A stretch of 64,000 nucleotides of DNA from an uncultured Phycisphaerales bacterium. GTDB lineage: Bacteria; Planctomycetota; Phycisphaerae; Tepidisphaerales; Tepidisphaeraceae. The stretch lies in assembly GCA_963758525.1 (NCBI GenBank), contig CAVWVQ010000003.1, positions 3,520,001-3,584,000 of the forward strand, read 5' to 3'. This document shows positions 1-10,595 of the stretch, piece by piece (position 1 is the stretch's first letter; the number at the start of each line of letters is the position of its first letter). The position numbers were made by a program, and so were the translations under genes. Under the pieces are notes generated by a model. The model had not been told where the DNA came from and ran no database searches. It worked only from the letters and a program-made list of their open reading frames with translations.

Positions 1-1196
1 GCGAGTCGCAGCGGCAGGCAAGCACGCTGGAGCTGATTGCCAGCGAGAACCATGTTTCCGCGGCCGTGATGGAAGCCGCCGGTTCGGTGCTCACCAACAA
101 ATATGCCGAGGGATATCCCGGAGCACGCTACTACGGCGGTTGCGAGTATTACGATCAGGTTGAGACGCTCGCCATCGAGCGCGCCAAGAAACTCTTCAAC
201 TGTCGCTTCGCCAATGTGCAGCCCCACAGCGGCGCCAACGCGAATTTCGCCGCGTTCATGGCGATGATGAAGCCGGGAGATCAATTCATCTCCCTTAATC
301 TCTCCAGCGGCGGTCACCTCTCGCACGGCATGAAGCTCAACGCGTCGGCAATTTTTTACAAGCCAGACCACTACGAACTGGATCCGGCGACGGAGCAGAT
401 CGACTTCAACTCCGTCCGCGCCAAAGCGAAGGAATTGCGTCCCAAGGCGATTCTCTGCGGCTACAGTGCCTATCCGCGAACCATCGACTTCGCGCAGTTC
501 CGCAAAATCGCCGACGAAGTCGGGGCGTTGCTGATGGCGGACGTGGCGCACATCGCCGGGCTCGTGGTCGCCGGCGCCCACCCATCCCCTTTCCCTCACG
601 CGCACGTTGTCACCACCACCACTCACAAAACGCTGCGGGGTCCGCGCGGCGGCTTGATCCTCACGAATGACGAGGATCTTTCCAAAGCCATCAACCGCAG
701 CGTCTTCCCGGGAAGTCAGGGCGGGCCGCTCATGCATATCGTCGCCGCCAAGGCAGTCGCCTTCGGGGAGAATCTGCAGCCCGCGTTCAAGACCTATGCG
801 CATCAGATCGTGAAGAACGCAAAAGCCCTGGCCGAGTCATTGATGAAGCGCGGCTACCGTCTCGTCAGCGGCGGGACTGACAACCACCTCATGCTGGTCG
901 ATCTCCGCGCCAAGGCCGAGCATCTGACCGGCGCCGACGTGGAAAAGGCGCTCGAAGCCGCCGGCATCATCGCCAATAAAAACGGCATTCCCAACGATCC
1001 CCGGCCGCCCAAAGTGACGAGCGGCGTTCGCCTCGGAACGCCAGCGCTGACCACGCGCGGGCTCAAGGAAGCCGACATGATCACCGTCGCGGCGTTCATC
1101 GACCGCGCCGTCGACGCGAAGGACGATTCCGCGGCGCTGGCAAAAATCCGCGGTGAAGTGGCGGACTTTGCGAGCCGTTTTCCGATGCCGCATTAG
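1..1196 (+). CDS. glyA: Serine hydroxymethyltransferase (5' end outside window)
   Basis: [31 protein letters not shown] and PLP-lysine [14 protein letters not shown] motifs. Confidence 0.98.
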   Translation, partial: ESQRQASTLELIASENHVSAAVMEAAGSVLTNKYAEGYPGARYYGGCEYYDQVETLAIERAKKLFNCRFANVQPHSGANANFAAFMAMMKPGDQFISLNLSSGGHLSHGMKLNASAIFYKPDHYELDPATEQIDFNSVRAKAKELRPKAILCGYSAYPRTIDFAQFRKIADEVGALLMADVAHIAGLVVAGAHPSPFPHAHVVTTTTHKTLRGPRGGLILTNDEDLSKAINRSVFPGSQGGPLMHIVAAKAVAFGENLQPAFKTYAHQIVKNAKALAESLMKRGYRLVSGGTDNHLMLVDLRAKAEHLTGADVEKALEAAGIIANKNGIPNDPRPPKVTSGVRLGTPALTTRGLKEADMITVAAFIDRAVDAKDDSAALAKIRGEVADFASRFPMPH

Positions 1197-1286
1197 GCTC
1201 TGGCTGGAACCGCATTATGCAGGGTCTGCTCATCCGGCAGACCGTTCAATTTTGCACCCATTGTCGTTGAATGCACAATTAAGCGA

Positions 1287-1529
1287 ATGCAGCCCAACTT
1301 ACTTGAGACGCGTGGTCACACTGCAGGCGATGGCACGCTTCACCTCGACCTTGACGTGGGGGTCGCGGATGTTGATGTGACCATCATCATTCGGATCGCG
1401 CCGGCGCTATCGGCAAAGGTCGATGCCAACGGCTGGCCCATCGGCTTCTTCGACCAGGTCGCCGGATCGATGCCTGAACTTGAGCGCGGGTCGCAGGGTG
1501 AGTTCGAAGAACGGCTTCCTCTGGAATGA
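1287..1529 (+). CDS. Putative VapB-type antitoxin, 80 aa
   Basis: Acidic small ORF ending GWPIGFFDQVAGS...LERGSQGEFEER; ATGA overlap with a PIN-like remnant. Confidence 0.65.
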   Translation: MQPNLLETRGHTAGDGTLHLDLDVGVADVDVTIIIRIAPALSAKVDANGWPIGFFDQVAGSMPELERGSQGEFEERLPLE

Positions 1530-1709
1530 TTTGCCTTCCCGACCACCAACGCATGCATCGCATTGCTTCGGCTAAAGAATCCGGCAGTCATCGCCCGATG
1601 GCACGGAACCAAAGCGAGCGACATCATGCTCTGCTCCGTCGTCGTATATGAGTTGAGATACGGCGCGGAGCGGCCGCGAATCCGAGAGCTGGAGGATTGG
1701 GAGACTTGA
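1526..1709 (+). pseudogene. VapC/PIN toxin remnant with frameshift and large internal deletion
   Basis: MICLPD|TNACIALLR...DIMLCSVVVYELRYGAER joined directly to C-terminal RELEDWET*. Confidence 0.75.
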
Positions 1710-1843
1710 GCTTCCCCGCAGCTTGGCGTCGGCCCGCTGGGATCGCGCCCAAGGCCAAAGGAGGCCGAGAAGAAGTGGACTCCGGCAGAAATATTTCGAC
1801 GTGTCCCGCTCGAGCGCCCTTCCGCACGTAAGGCCCGGTTAGC

Positions 1844-2224
1844 TCAGATTTCGTACCTCATGTTCGTTGTGCGGTTAATGACACGAATTAGCCTGCCTGC
1901 TGCATGTACCAGTGTCGCACGGTCTCGACTTCGGAGTTCAATATCTTCGGCGCACCGCCGTGTGAATTGAATGAACCGTTCAGTTCCATCATCGAGAATC
2001 ACCCTGACGTCAAAGTCTCGACACGGAGTGCGAGCAAAAAAGCCAACATCTATATAGCCTCGTGACCTTTTAGCACGGATTGTGCACTCAATGTTGGTGA
2101 TGGGGACGGGTCGAGGTGGGGCCGACGGTGGCGGCGCAAAAATACCCCTGAAAAACGCGAGAAGCGCGCCGCGATACCCAAGAATGATCAGACACAGCAC
2201 TAGCAACGGCACGAGCAATGCCAT
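1844..2224 (-). CDS. Hypothetical membrane-anchored protein
   Basis: N-terminal hydrophobic helix MALLVPLLVLCLIILG, Pro-rich linker, beta-rich C-terminus; GGAGG-like GATGGG upstream. Confidence 0.55.
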   Translation of the reverse strand: MALLVPLLVLCLIILGYRGALLAFFRGIFAPPPSAPPRPVPITNIECTIRAKRSRGYIDVGFFARTPCRDFDVRVILDDGTERFIQFTRRCAEDIELRSRDRATLVHAAGRLIRVINRTTNMRYEI

Positions 2225-2513
2225 ATTCCCATCGCCACTGATTTTCGCTTCCTCGGTCGGCCCCGCCTGCGGACGCGGACGGCCGCAAAGCATCGCGCGC
2301 CGCGGCGCCACGGTCAAATAAGCGACCAGTGTTCAGGAATGCGTGCGGTGACGTTCCGGGCCGTTGAGTGTCCAATGTCCGCTTCACTTCCGCTCGACGC
2401 CGTTCCACATCACGAACAGAGGGTCTGTCGCCACCTCAACATGGTGGCTATACCAGCCAATGGCGCTTACAATTTAGCACTGATTAGCTAGGCTCGGCTG
2501 ATCAAGGTGGCAT

Positions 2514-3182
2514 ATGACAGTCGTTGATGAGATCGCACACGAAGTCTCCGAATTTGAGTCCGAGCACGGCCGCAAGCCGGCGGAGATGTGGTTGACCAAA
2601 CGCGATAAGTTCGATATTGGCAAACTGGGCCGCGATGAGTTTCCCCTTGCGGGAAAGGTGATGCAGCAGGGTGTCGAGAAGGCGGTGTCGGCGCTGTTTG
2701 GGGTGCCAATTACGTCATGGAACGCGATGGAACGCGAATACCGGTTCTCCGGCACGAATGGAGGGATGAGCGCCGCCGGGGTCACACGGCATGTCGCTAA
2801 TTGGATTCAACGCCTCGATGCGCTTTTCGATCAGTTGGAGACATGGGCGGCGGCTGTTCCAGATTCCCGCATCGAGCGGGCTCACATGCCGCAGCAAATC
2901 GAGGAAATGTTAACGCGATTCTCCGTATCCGTTCGGGCGATACCGACACTGACGGTTTTCGTTGATAAAAAGTATCGCATTGCATTTGTGCCGAGCGCCC
3001 TTTGGATCACTGGCGCCAACGGTCGCGTGAACGTCACCACGAATTTTCGGCAATACGCGTTGCTGGATCTCGCCGAGCAGGGGAAGACGAGCGACTGGCA
3101 GCTTTTAGTCGCGGGAACAAAAACACATTTCAAGCCGTTCGACCAGGCAGTCTTTCTCAAACTCCTCTCAGAACGGTCATGA
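2514..3182 (+). CDS. Hypothetical protein (possible internal start at 2766)
   Basis: 222-aa ORF with AAGGTGG upstream; stop overlaps next start (ATGA). Confidence 0.7.
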   Translation: MTVVDEIAHEVSEFESEHGRKPAEMWLTKRDKFDIGKLGRDEFPLAGKVMQQGVEKAVSALFGVPITSWNAMEREYRFSGTNGGMSAAGVTRHVANWIQRLDALFDQLETWAAAVPDSRIERAHMPQQIEEMLTRFSVSVRAIPTLTVFVDKKYRIAFVPSALWITGANGRVNVTTNFRQYALLDLAEQGKTSDWQLLVAGTKTHFKPFDQAVFLKLLSERS

Positions 3183-3625
3183 TCGATTTCACCGAGATCC
3201 TCAATACCTACGTCGAATCTGACGCGTACCTCGGCCGAAAAGAGGCTAACACACGCACGCCTGCGGGGACGAATAGGTGGGCTCGTCGTCGCAGGTTAAA
3301 CGATCAAGCATCCTTCTTGATGCTCTTCGCGCAATTGGAACAGCATGTCGATCGTCTTGTCACCGAACTGCTCCGCCGAAAGCGGGGGCTGGTTGGTTGG
3401 AGGGAGCGCCGATTGTGGCAGGACACGGAACTCCGACGGCTTCAGTTTATGCAGAAGGTTTCGTTGCTGACGCAACGAGGGCAAGCCTCGTACAACCGCA
3501 TCAGGGTGCTCTATCACGATTATCGCTGCGCTATCGCACACGGAAATATCGCGGCTGTCGGTCCCCTGGCCGTTCCGGTGATGGCGGCCGAACTGAGGGT
3601 TTTGGCGCGATCGTTGCGTGTTTAA
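3179..3625 (+). CDS. HEPN-like protein with RX4H motif
   Basis: Helical 148-aa ORF, FLMLFAQLEQHV helix and YRCAIAHG motif; coupled to upstream gene. Confidence 0.65.
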   Translation: MIDFTEILNTYVESDAYLGRKEANTRTPAGTNRWARRRRLNDQASFLMLFAQLEQHVDRLVTELLRRKRGLVGWRERRLWQDTELRRLQFMQKVSLLTQRGQASYNRIRVLYHDYRCAIAHGNIAAVGPLAVPVMAAELRVLARSLRV

Positions 3626-3872
3626 TCGGTTCCACCATTTGAGCCGGGCAAACAACTCCATCGATTCGGAGCACCGGCCCAGAAGTTGGCGAAAGTTCAC
3701 CGTCCGCCACAAGGATGGTTTGATCAACCCGATTGCCCTTTCACGCCTGCCCAGAGCTGAACAACGATGCCCATTTTGCCGCAGGCCCTCCCCTTGCCTC
3801 CACAACGACCACTGCCCTGCAATACGCGATTCACCACTCGACTCACCGCCAGTTGTCGGGTTCAATATCCGG

Positions 3873-4841
3873 ATGTTCGCGACCCTGCGACACATTCCCC
3901 GCACCGAAGCCCGCGCCGCGATGATGTCGCTGGGGCTGAGCGTCACCCTGCTGGGGCTGAAATTAGCCGCCTATCTCTTCACTGGCTCGTCGGCGATTTT
4001 CTCGGACGCGCTTGAAACGGTCGTTAATGTGGTCGCGGCGGGCTTTGCCCTCTACGCGCTTTCCGTTGCGCACACTCCTGCCGACAAAGGGCATCCATAC
4101 GGCCACGGCAAGATCGAATTCGTCTCCGCGGCGCTGGAGGGACTGCTCATCATCGTCGCCGCGGCGATGATCTTCGTGCGAACCATCGATACGCTCCGCT
4201 ACTATCGTGTTCGTGTCGAGAACATCGGCGTCGGCCTGTTTATGCTGGCGCTGGCCATTCTTGGCAACGGAGCGCTTGGTAACCATCTCATCCGCACCGG
4301 CCGACGCATTAGTTCGGTCACGCTCGAGGCTGATGGGAAGCATCTGCACGCAGACGCCGTCACGAGTATCGCGGCTGCCATTGCATTGCTGATCGTGAAG
4401 CTCACGGGCTGGAAGTATGCCGATCCCGTCGCCGCTCTCCTGATCGCCGCGTATTTCGGCCGGCTCGGTATTGTCCTGCTGCGGCGCGCGGGCGGGGGCC
4501 TGATGGATCGGCAGGATACAGACGACGAACGGCTTATCGAGGGCATTCTTGCGAGTCATGTCGGCGCAACGGGCAAGCCGCCGGTCATATGCAGCTTTCA
4601 CAAACTGCGCCATCGCCACAGCGGGCGTTATCACTGGGTCGATTTCCACATCATGGTCGATCCCGTTCTGAGCGTCGGTGAAGGGCATGACGTCGCCAGC
4701 GCCATCGAATATGAGATCGAGCAGGCGCTGGGGGAAGGAAACGCGACCGCCCACATTGAGCCGTGCAACAACCGCGCATGCCGCCATTCCCGCGCCGATT
4801 CCGCCGTGCAGCATGCGGCTGCGAGCATTGCCGGGCTTTGA
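3873..4841 (+). CDS. Cation diffusion facilitator family transporter
   Basis: SDALE, PADKGHPYGHGKIE, HLHADAVTS and AHIEP motifs. Confidence 0.95.
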   Translation: MFATLRHIPRTEARAAMMSLGLSVTLLGLKLAAYLFTGSSAIFSDALETVVNVVAAGFALYALSVAHTPADKGHPYGHGKIEFVSAALEGLLIIVAAAMIFVRTIDTLRYYRVRVENIGVGLFMLALAILGNGALGNHLIRTGRRISSVTLEADGKHLHADAVTSIAAAIALLIVKLTGWKYADPVAALLIAAYFGRLGIVLLRRAGGGLMDRQDTDDERLIEGILASHVGATGKPPVICSFHKLRHRHSGRYHWVDFHIMVDPVLSVGEGHDVASAIEYEIEQALGEGNATAHIEPCNNRACRHSRADSAVQHAAASIAGL

Positions 4842-4941
4842 TTGTCAGTGGCAAACGCTCTCCGGTCCCGTCCCCCGATGCTCGCGACGCCCGCGCTGCG
4901 GTGGCTGTCCTTTGAGAGATCGCTTCGGTATTCTTCCTCCT

Positions 4942-6246
4942 GTGTCAACCGGCTCGGACTCGCCAGCTCTCACGCTGCAACTCGACGCGCCGGAGCGCGA
5001 CCCGCGCGGGAAGATCTTCCCCTGGGTCATTTGCGGGCTCCTCTTTCTGGCGACCACGATCAGCTACATCGATCGAATGGTCTTCAGCATTCTTGCTCCC
5101 GAGCTGCAAAAGCGATTTCATATCAGTGAGATTCAGTATGGTTATATTGGATCGGCCTTCACGCTTTGCTACGCCATGTCACAGCTTCTTTCCGGTCCGC
5201 TTCTCGACCGGATCGGCACGCGCATCGGATTTCTGCTGGCGATGATTCTCTGGAGCATCGCGTCGATGAGCCATGCACTGGCTCGCAGCGCGATGCAGTT
5301 TATTGTCGTGCGCACCGCGCTGGGCGTCAGCGAATCACCCGCGTTCCCGGCCGCGACCAAGGGGATTGCCGAGTGGTTTCCCGCCAGACAGCGGGGCATG
5401 GCGATGGGCGTGGTCAACTCCGGCTCCAACGTCGGAGTTCTCCTGGCAGCGATCCTCGTCCCGTGGCTCACGACGCGCTTCGGATGGCAATCCGTCTTCC
5501 TCATGACGGGCGTCTTCGGATTCGCCTGGGCCGCGATCTGGATTCCGATTTACAGGAGTCCGCGGGCACGGCAAAGTCCGCTCGCGGGCCAGGAGATGCC
5601 GCCGCCTCCGGTGCGCGTTCGCTGGAGATCGCTGCTCACCTACCGCCAGACCTGGGCGATTTGCATCGGCAAATTTCTCACCGACCCCTCCTGGTGGTTC
5701 TACGTCAATTGGCTCCCGAAATTCATGAACGAGCATCATGCCTTGGATATCATGCACCTCGGGCCGCCGCTTCTGATCATCTACTTCATGGCCGACATCG
5801 GAAGCGTCTGCGGGGGCTGGATATCGTCGTCGCTGCTCTCCCGCGGCTGGAGCGTCAACGCCGCTCGAAAAACCGCCATGCTGATCTGCGCGATCACGGC
5901 GTTGCCGCTGATTGTCGCGCCTCATGTCGCCAGCGTCTGGGTGGCTTCTTTGCTGATCGGAATGGCAACCGCCTCTCACCAGGGTTTCAGCTCCAACCTT
6001 TACACGCTCGTCTCCGACGCCTTTCCCACCACCTCGGTCAGCACCGTCGCGGGAATGGGAGGCACGTTCGGCTATTCCGGCGCGATGCTGATGTCGGCGA
6101 TCATCGGATACATCCTGACCTGGACTCACCAGAACTATAACGTGATTTTCGCCATTGCCGGGGTCTCCTACCTCGTCTCGCTGGGTGCGATGCAGCTGAT
6201 CCTTCCCTCGTTTGAAGCCGTTGGCGAGCCGCGCGCACGTCGTTAG
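4942..6246 (+). CDS. MFS transporter, ExuT/hexuronate (ACS) type
   Basis: ISYIDR, DRIGTRIG, AEWFPARQRG and KFLTDPSWWFY motifs; adjacent to uronate isomerase. Confidence 0.88.
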   Translation: MSTGSDSPALTLQLDAPERDPRGKIFPWVICGLLFLATTISYIDRMVFSILAPELQKRFHISEIQYGYIGSAFTLCYAMSQLLSGPLLDRIGTRIGFLLAMILWSIASMSHALARSAMQFIVVRTALGVSESPAFPAATKGIAEWFPARQRGMAMGVVNSGSNVGVLLAAILVPWLTTRFGWQSVFLMTGVFGFAWAAIWIPIYRSPRARQSPLAGQEMPPPPVRVRWRSLLTYRQTWAICIGKFLTDPSWWFYVNWLPKFMNEHHALDIMHLGPPLLIIYFMADIGSVCGGWISSSLLSRGWSVNAARKTAMLICAITALPLIVAPHVASVWVASLLIGMATASHQGFSSNLYTLVSDAFPTTSVSTVAGMGGTFGYSGAMLMSAIIGYILTWTHQNYNVIFAIAGVSYLVSLGAMQLILPSFEAVGEPRARR

Positions 6247-6248
6247 AA

Positions 6249-7585
6249 TTGTCCGCTGTGAACCCAACCCATCTGCCAATCGTTCGTGACCAAGTCGGTT
6301 CGGTCGTACATGAAGTGCTCTTTGCGCAGCCGGTGCGCGATATGCATACGCATTTGTATGCTCCTGCATTCGGAACGCCTGTCACAAACGCCGGCGGTGC
6401 AGCCGATCCGAAAGGCCTTCTGCTCTGGGGCATTGATGAACTGGTGACCTATCACTATCTGGTTGCCGAGGTCTATCGCGTTGTTCCCGCGACCAAGCTT
6501 CCGTATGAGCAGTTCTGGAAGATGAGCAAGCAGCAGCAGGCTGACCATATCTGGAAGCACCTGTTCGTCGAGCGCACGCCAATCAGCGAAGCCTGCCGTG
6601 GCGTGCTCACCACGCTCCAGAAGCTGGGGCTCGATCCCAACGAGCAATCCCTCGATCGCTATCGCCCGTTCTTCGCTGAACAGAAGCCCAGCGCCTACAT
6701 CGACCGCGTCATGCAATTGGCCAACGTCTCGTCGATCACGATGACCAATGAAGTGTTCGACGATAACGAGCGCGATCGATGGCTCAGCAATCCCAAGCTC
6801 GGCAGCGATCCCCGCTTCAAGGCCGTCTTGCGGATCGACTTGCTGCTGCGGGATTTCCCGGTAGCCGCGAAGCGAATCAGTCAATGGGGATATGCAGTGA
6901 ACGCGGCGATAGACGACAGGTCACTTGAAGAGGCGAAGCGCTTTTGCGCGAGTGGGTCGATCGGACCAAGGCAATCTACATCGCCGTGAGTTTGCCGCCG
7001 ACGTTCCGCTTTCCCGCCGATCGAACAGATGCCGTCGCGCAGGCCGGCCAGCGAATGCTCACCGATGTGGTGCTCCCGGTCTGCGCGGAGCTCGGCCTGC
7101 CCTTCGCGGCGATGATTGGTTCTGAAAAAGGGGTGAATCCGTCTCTTCGCGACGCCGGCGACATCGGGCGCATTTCCGACGTGACGTCAGTGACAAATCT
7201 TTGCCGCCAGTTCCCCGAGAATAAGTTCTTCGTCACGATGCTCTCGCGCGAAAACCAGCATGAGCTCTGCGTTGCCGCCAGAAAATTCGGCAACCTGATG
7301 ATCTTCGGCTGCTGGTGGTTCCTGAACAATCCATCGATCATCAATGAAATGGAGCGCATGCGATTTGAGCTGCTCGGAACCAGCTTCATCCCCCAGCATT
7401 CCGATGCGCGGATTCTCGATCAACTGATCTACAAATGGGATCACAGCCGGCGGATCATCGCCCGGGTCTTGGAAGACAAGTATGCCGACCTGCTCGACAC
7501 CGGTTGGAAGCTGGAACGATCGCATATCGAGCGCGACGCCAAGCTGCTGCTGGAAGCCAACTTTGCGGAGTTCGTGAGCCGGTAG
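6249..7585 (+). CDS. uxaC: Glucuronate/uronate isomerase (frameshift near 6950, probable sequencing error)
   Basis: DMHTHLY, GIDELVTYHYL, FGCWWFLNNP and PQHSDARILDQLIYKW across two frames. Confidence 0.88.
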
Positions 7586-7588
7586 TCG

Positions 7589-7661
7589 CAAACCAGAAAC
7601 CAGAAACCCGAAACCAGAATCAAAATTTGATTCTGGTTTCTGGTTTCGTCATTCGGGCTTC
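7589..7661. repeat. Inverted heptamer repeat (AAACCAG)n...(CTGGTTT)n between convergent genes
   Basis: aaaccagaaaccagaaacccgaaaccagaatcaaaatttgattctggtttctggtttcg. Confidence 0.75.
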
Positions 7662-7671
7662 CCGCGGTTCT

Positions 7672-9381
7672 CTAGGGAATTCGCGCCACGATCAGCGTGA
7701 CGTCGTCGGTGCGCTTCGCGAGTCCCGCGAACTTGCGCATCTCCCAGAGCACATTCTGGGTGATGATTTCCGCGGTCTCTCCCCCGCGCTCCAATGCCTC
7801 GATCAGCCTCACCCGGCCGAAGGTTTCCTGGTCGAAATTCATGGTGTCGGTAAGCCCGTCGGTGTACAGCAGGAGTACGTCGTTTTTCTGCAGTTGCACG
7901 ATGCTCTGCTTGTACAGTTCCTCGGGATTCACGCCCAGGACCATGTTTTCGCCTTCCAGTGCGATCACCTTTCCGCCGCGAAGCAGCAGGGCGGCGGGGT
8001 GTCCGGCGTTGCAATAGGTGAAGCGCAGGGTGCGCGCATCGAGCACGCCGTAGAACAGCGTGACGAATTCACCCAACTGCGTGTCGCGGCAGAGCATCAG
8101 GTTGATGCGGCGGACCACTTCGTAGAGGTAGTAAACGTAGTCCACCTGCGCCCGCAGGAAGGCGCGAACGGTCGCCATGATGAGGCTCGCGGGAACGCCC
8201 TTCCCGCTGACGTCGGCGACGGCGAGTCCGAGGTTGTCGTCCTGCAGCGGAATGAAGTCGTAGAAGTCGCCTCCCAGGGCAAAGCAGGGGACGTAGACGC
8301 TTGCCAGCTCAAGCCCTGGAACGGACGGCGGGGTCTGCGGCACCATGCGGTGCTGCACGTCGGCCGCCATGCGCACCTGCTCTTCCAGCGCCGCGGCTTC
8401 CGCCGCCTCGCTCAACAGCCGGGCATTCTCGATCGCGGCCGCCGCCTGCGCGGCGACTGCTTTCAGCAGATCGATCTTCAGCGGAGGAAACACCTGCTCT
8501 TCGGCCGTGTAGACCCGCAAGACTCCGATCGGCTTTCCCTTGTACCGCAGTCCGACCGAGAGCATCGAAAAGATTCCCTCGCGCACCGCTTCCTGCGGAT
8601 AACGCACGCGCGGGTCGGTCGCCATGCTGCGCACATACTCAAATCCCGTCGGCGACAGCGCGATCTGATCGATTGCCGCCGTGCTGAGTCGTACGGGTCC
8701 TTTGTTGAGGTATTCGCGCGAGAGGTTGTAGACCGCCTTGATGACCAGTTCGTCGCGCTCGGTGTCGATCAGTCGAAGGGATGACGCTTTGGTCTGCATC
8801 ACGTCGCAAACGACCTGCACCGTGCGCTGCAGGACCCATCGCAGGTCGCGCCCGCCGGCCAGCATCATCGCGACATTGTAAACCGCCGTCAGCTCGTGGA
8901 TGCGCTGGCGGAGCTGAAATTCCTGGTAGCAGAGCCGCGCAATCGCATTTGCCATCAGGAAGAGAAACTGCACTGACGCCGCCCGGGTGTTGCGGCCGCG
9001 CGCCAACTGATTGACGACGCTCCTCAGCTGCCTGGGCTCAATTCCCAGCTTCAGCGCTAGGCTGGCGAGCTTCGCCTCATCGGCGGGATCCCCGGTGTTG
9101 CGGGCTCGCATCCGGATCGTCCCCAGGCGTTGATTATTAACGATGATCGGCGCCACGTATTCCTGCCCATCGCGCTGCGGCTGGTCGCTCGCATCCGCCA
9201 GCGTGCGCTGCCGCCGCAAAAAGGCCGACGTCGGATTCGCCTGCGTGAGAACGTTCTCCTGCGCATCGGTGATCGTTGCCTTGACGCCCGCGACGGCGGC
9301 AAAGCTGTCCTGAATTTCCTGGAGCGTTCCCACGTCCACGAAATCGGTCAGGCGAATATTTTCAGAATCGAAAGAGGCCAT
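7672..9381 (-). CDS. PocR-GAF-SpoIIE (PP2C) phosphatase
   Basis: LTDFVDVGTLQEIQDSFA (PocR-like), GAF ending AAIENARL, GGDFYD, ADVSGKG, YTDG and DDVT. Confidence 0.92.
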   Translation of the reverse strand: MASFDSENIRLTDFVDVGTLQEIQDSFAAVAGVKATITDAQENVLTQANPTSAFLRRQRTLADASDQPQRDGQEYVAPIIVNNQRLGTIRMRARNTGDPADEAKLASLALKLGIEPRQLRSVVNQLARGRNTRAASVQFLFLMANAIARLCYQEFQLRQRIHELTAVYNVAMMLAGGRDLRWVLQRTVQVVCDVMQTKASSLRLIDTERDELVIKAVYNLSREYLNKGPVRLSTAAIDQIALSPTGFEYVRSMATDPRVRYPQEAVREGIFSMLSVGLRYKGKPIGVLRVYTAEEQVFPPLKIDLLKAVAAQAAAAIENARLLSEAAEAAALEEQVRMAADVQHRMVPQTPPSVPGLELASVYVPCFALGGDFYDFIPLQDDNLGLAVADVSGKGVPASLIMATVRAFLRAQVDYVYYLYEVVRRINLMLCRDTQLGEFVTLFYGVLDARTLRFTYCNAGHPAALLLRGGKVIALEGENMVLGVNPEELYKQSIVQLQKNDVLLLYTDGLTDTMNFDQETFGRVRLIEALERGGETAEIITQNVLWEMRKFAGLAKRTDDVTLIVARIP

Positions 9382-9684
9382 TCAGCAAGCACGGTAAGAA
9401 AGCTCCGCCCAAAATCAAACATCTACTGCCGGTAATGGGATACTGCCCCCTGGCGGGTTCGTTCAACATTCGTTCTGGAAAAATCGCGGCTGGTTATCGG
9501 ACATCAGTCAACATCGACGGCTTGGCGCGCGTCTTTCTGCTATTGTATCGGAAAGCATCGCTAAACAAGCCCGCGCGAGTATGCACTGCGCGAGTACGCG
9601 CTTCCCAAAGCCGTTTAGCGGCTGCCCCTCGGGCAGCAGAGTCTCCCGCACGTGAGCGTACTCGCGCACGTTCATCGACAACAC

Positions 9685-10482
9685 ATGCAGCACTCGAAAA
9701 TGATTTTCACGGAAAATGGAACGGGAATTCCTCTGGTACTGGTGCATGGTTTTCCCGTCGACGGCCGCATGTGGCTCGAGGTGAGCGGGGCGTTGAGCCA
9801 CGCGTTTCGTGTAATCGTGCCCGATCTTCCCGGCTTCGGACGCTCAACGCCGGCTGTTCCATTTACCATCGATTCGGTTGCAGATGCGCTGGTTGCTCAA
9901 CTGGCGGCGATCGAGGCGCTTCCATGCGTGCTCGCCGGTTTCTCAATGGGCGGTTATATCGCGCTGTCGCTCGCCGCGCAACGCGCCGAAGCAATACGTG
10001 GACTCGTGCTGGTTGACACGCGAGCCGATGCCGACACGCCCGAGGGGCGCGAGGGACGCGGGCAGATGATCCAGGTCGCGCGCACCGCCGGCTCGGTTGC
10101 CGTTGCTGAGCTGATGCTTCCGAAAATGCTCTCGGCTGGAACACTGGCAGAGCGTCCCGACGTAGTGACTGCCTTGCGAAGGATCATGGAGTCATCTTCG
10201 CCGTCAGCGATCGAACACGCGCTCGCCGCCATGCGCGATCGCGCCGATCGCACCAACGACCTGGCGTCAATCAACGTGCCGACACTCATCCTCGTCGGCG
10301 ATGCCGACTCGATCACTCCTCCAGCGACGGCTGAAGCGATGAGCCGGCGAATCCCCGGCAGTGTCGTCCGCATCATTCCCGGCGCCGGTCACATGTCCCC
10401 GTTGGAGCAGCCTTGCGAGGTAAGCCGTGTCATGCTGGAATGGCTAGCTCACTCCGTGGCACGGGCGTCCCGCCTGTGTTAG
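9685..10482 (+). CDS. Alpha/beta fold hydrolase
   Basis: HGFP, PDLPGFG, GFSMGG nucleophile elbow, GDAD and GHMSPLEQP. Confidence 0.93.
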   Translation: MQHSKMIFTENGTGIPLVLVHGFPVDGRMWLEVSGALSHAFRVIVPDLPGFGRSTPAVPFTIDSVADALVAQLAAIEALPCVLAGFSMGGYIALSLAAQRAEAIRGLVLVDTRADADTPEGREGRGQMIQVARTAGSVAVAELMLPKMLSAGTLAERPDVVTALRRIMESSSPSAIEHALAAMRDRADRTNDLASINVPTLILVGDADSITPPATAEAMSRRIPGSVVRIIPGAGHMSPLEQPCEVSRVMLEWLAHSVARASRLC

Positions 10483-10567
10483 CGACGTGAGAGTAGAAGA
10501 AATGTTCATACCGAGGCGGCTGCTTCTTGGGCTCCGTGATACCAGCATGGAGGGACGCCCATGCCAC
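10456..10567. repeat. REP-like doublet (GTGG family)
   Basis: GTGGCACGGGCGTCCCGCCTGTG ... CATGGAGGGACGCCCATGCCAC inverted pair. Confidence 0.65.
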
Positions 10568-10595
10568 AGGCCGGCGTTCCTGCTAGATTCGCGAC

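Noticed and set aside
1833..1847. tRNA 5'-like GCCCGGTTAGCTCAG
   Set aside because: Only 15 nt; no D-loop GG, T-arm or acceptor partner follows
10483..10595. rpmH upstream of rnpA
   Set aside because: No L34-like Arg/Lys-rich ORF; the region is a REP doublet
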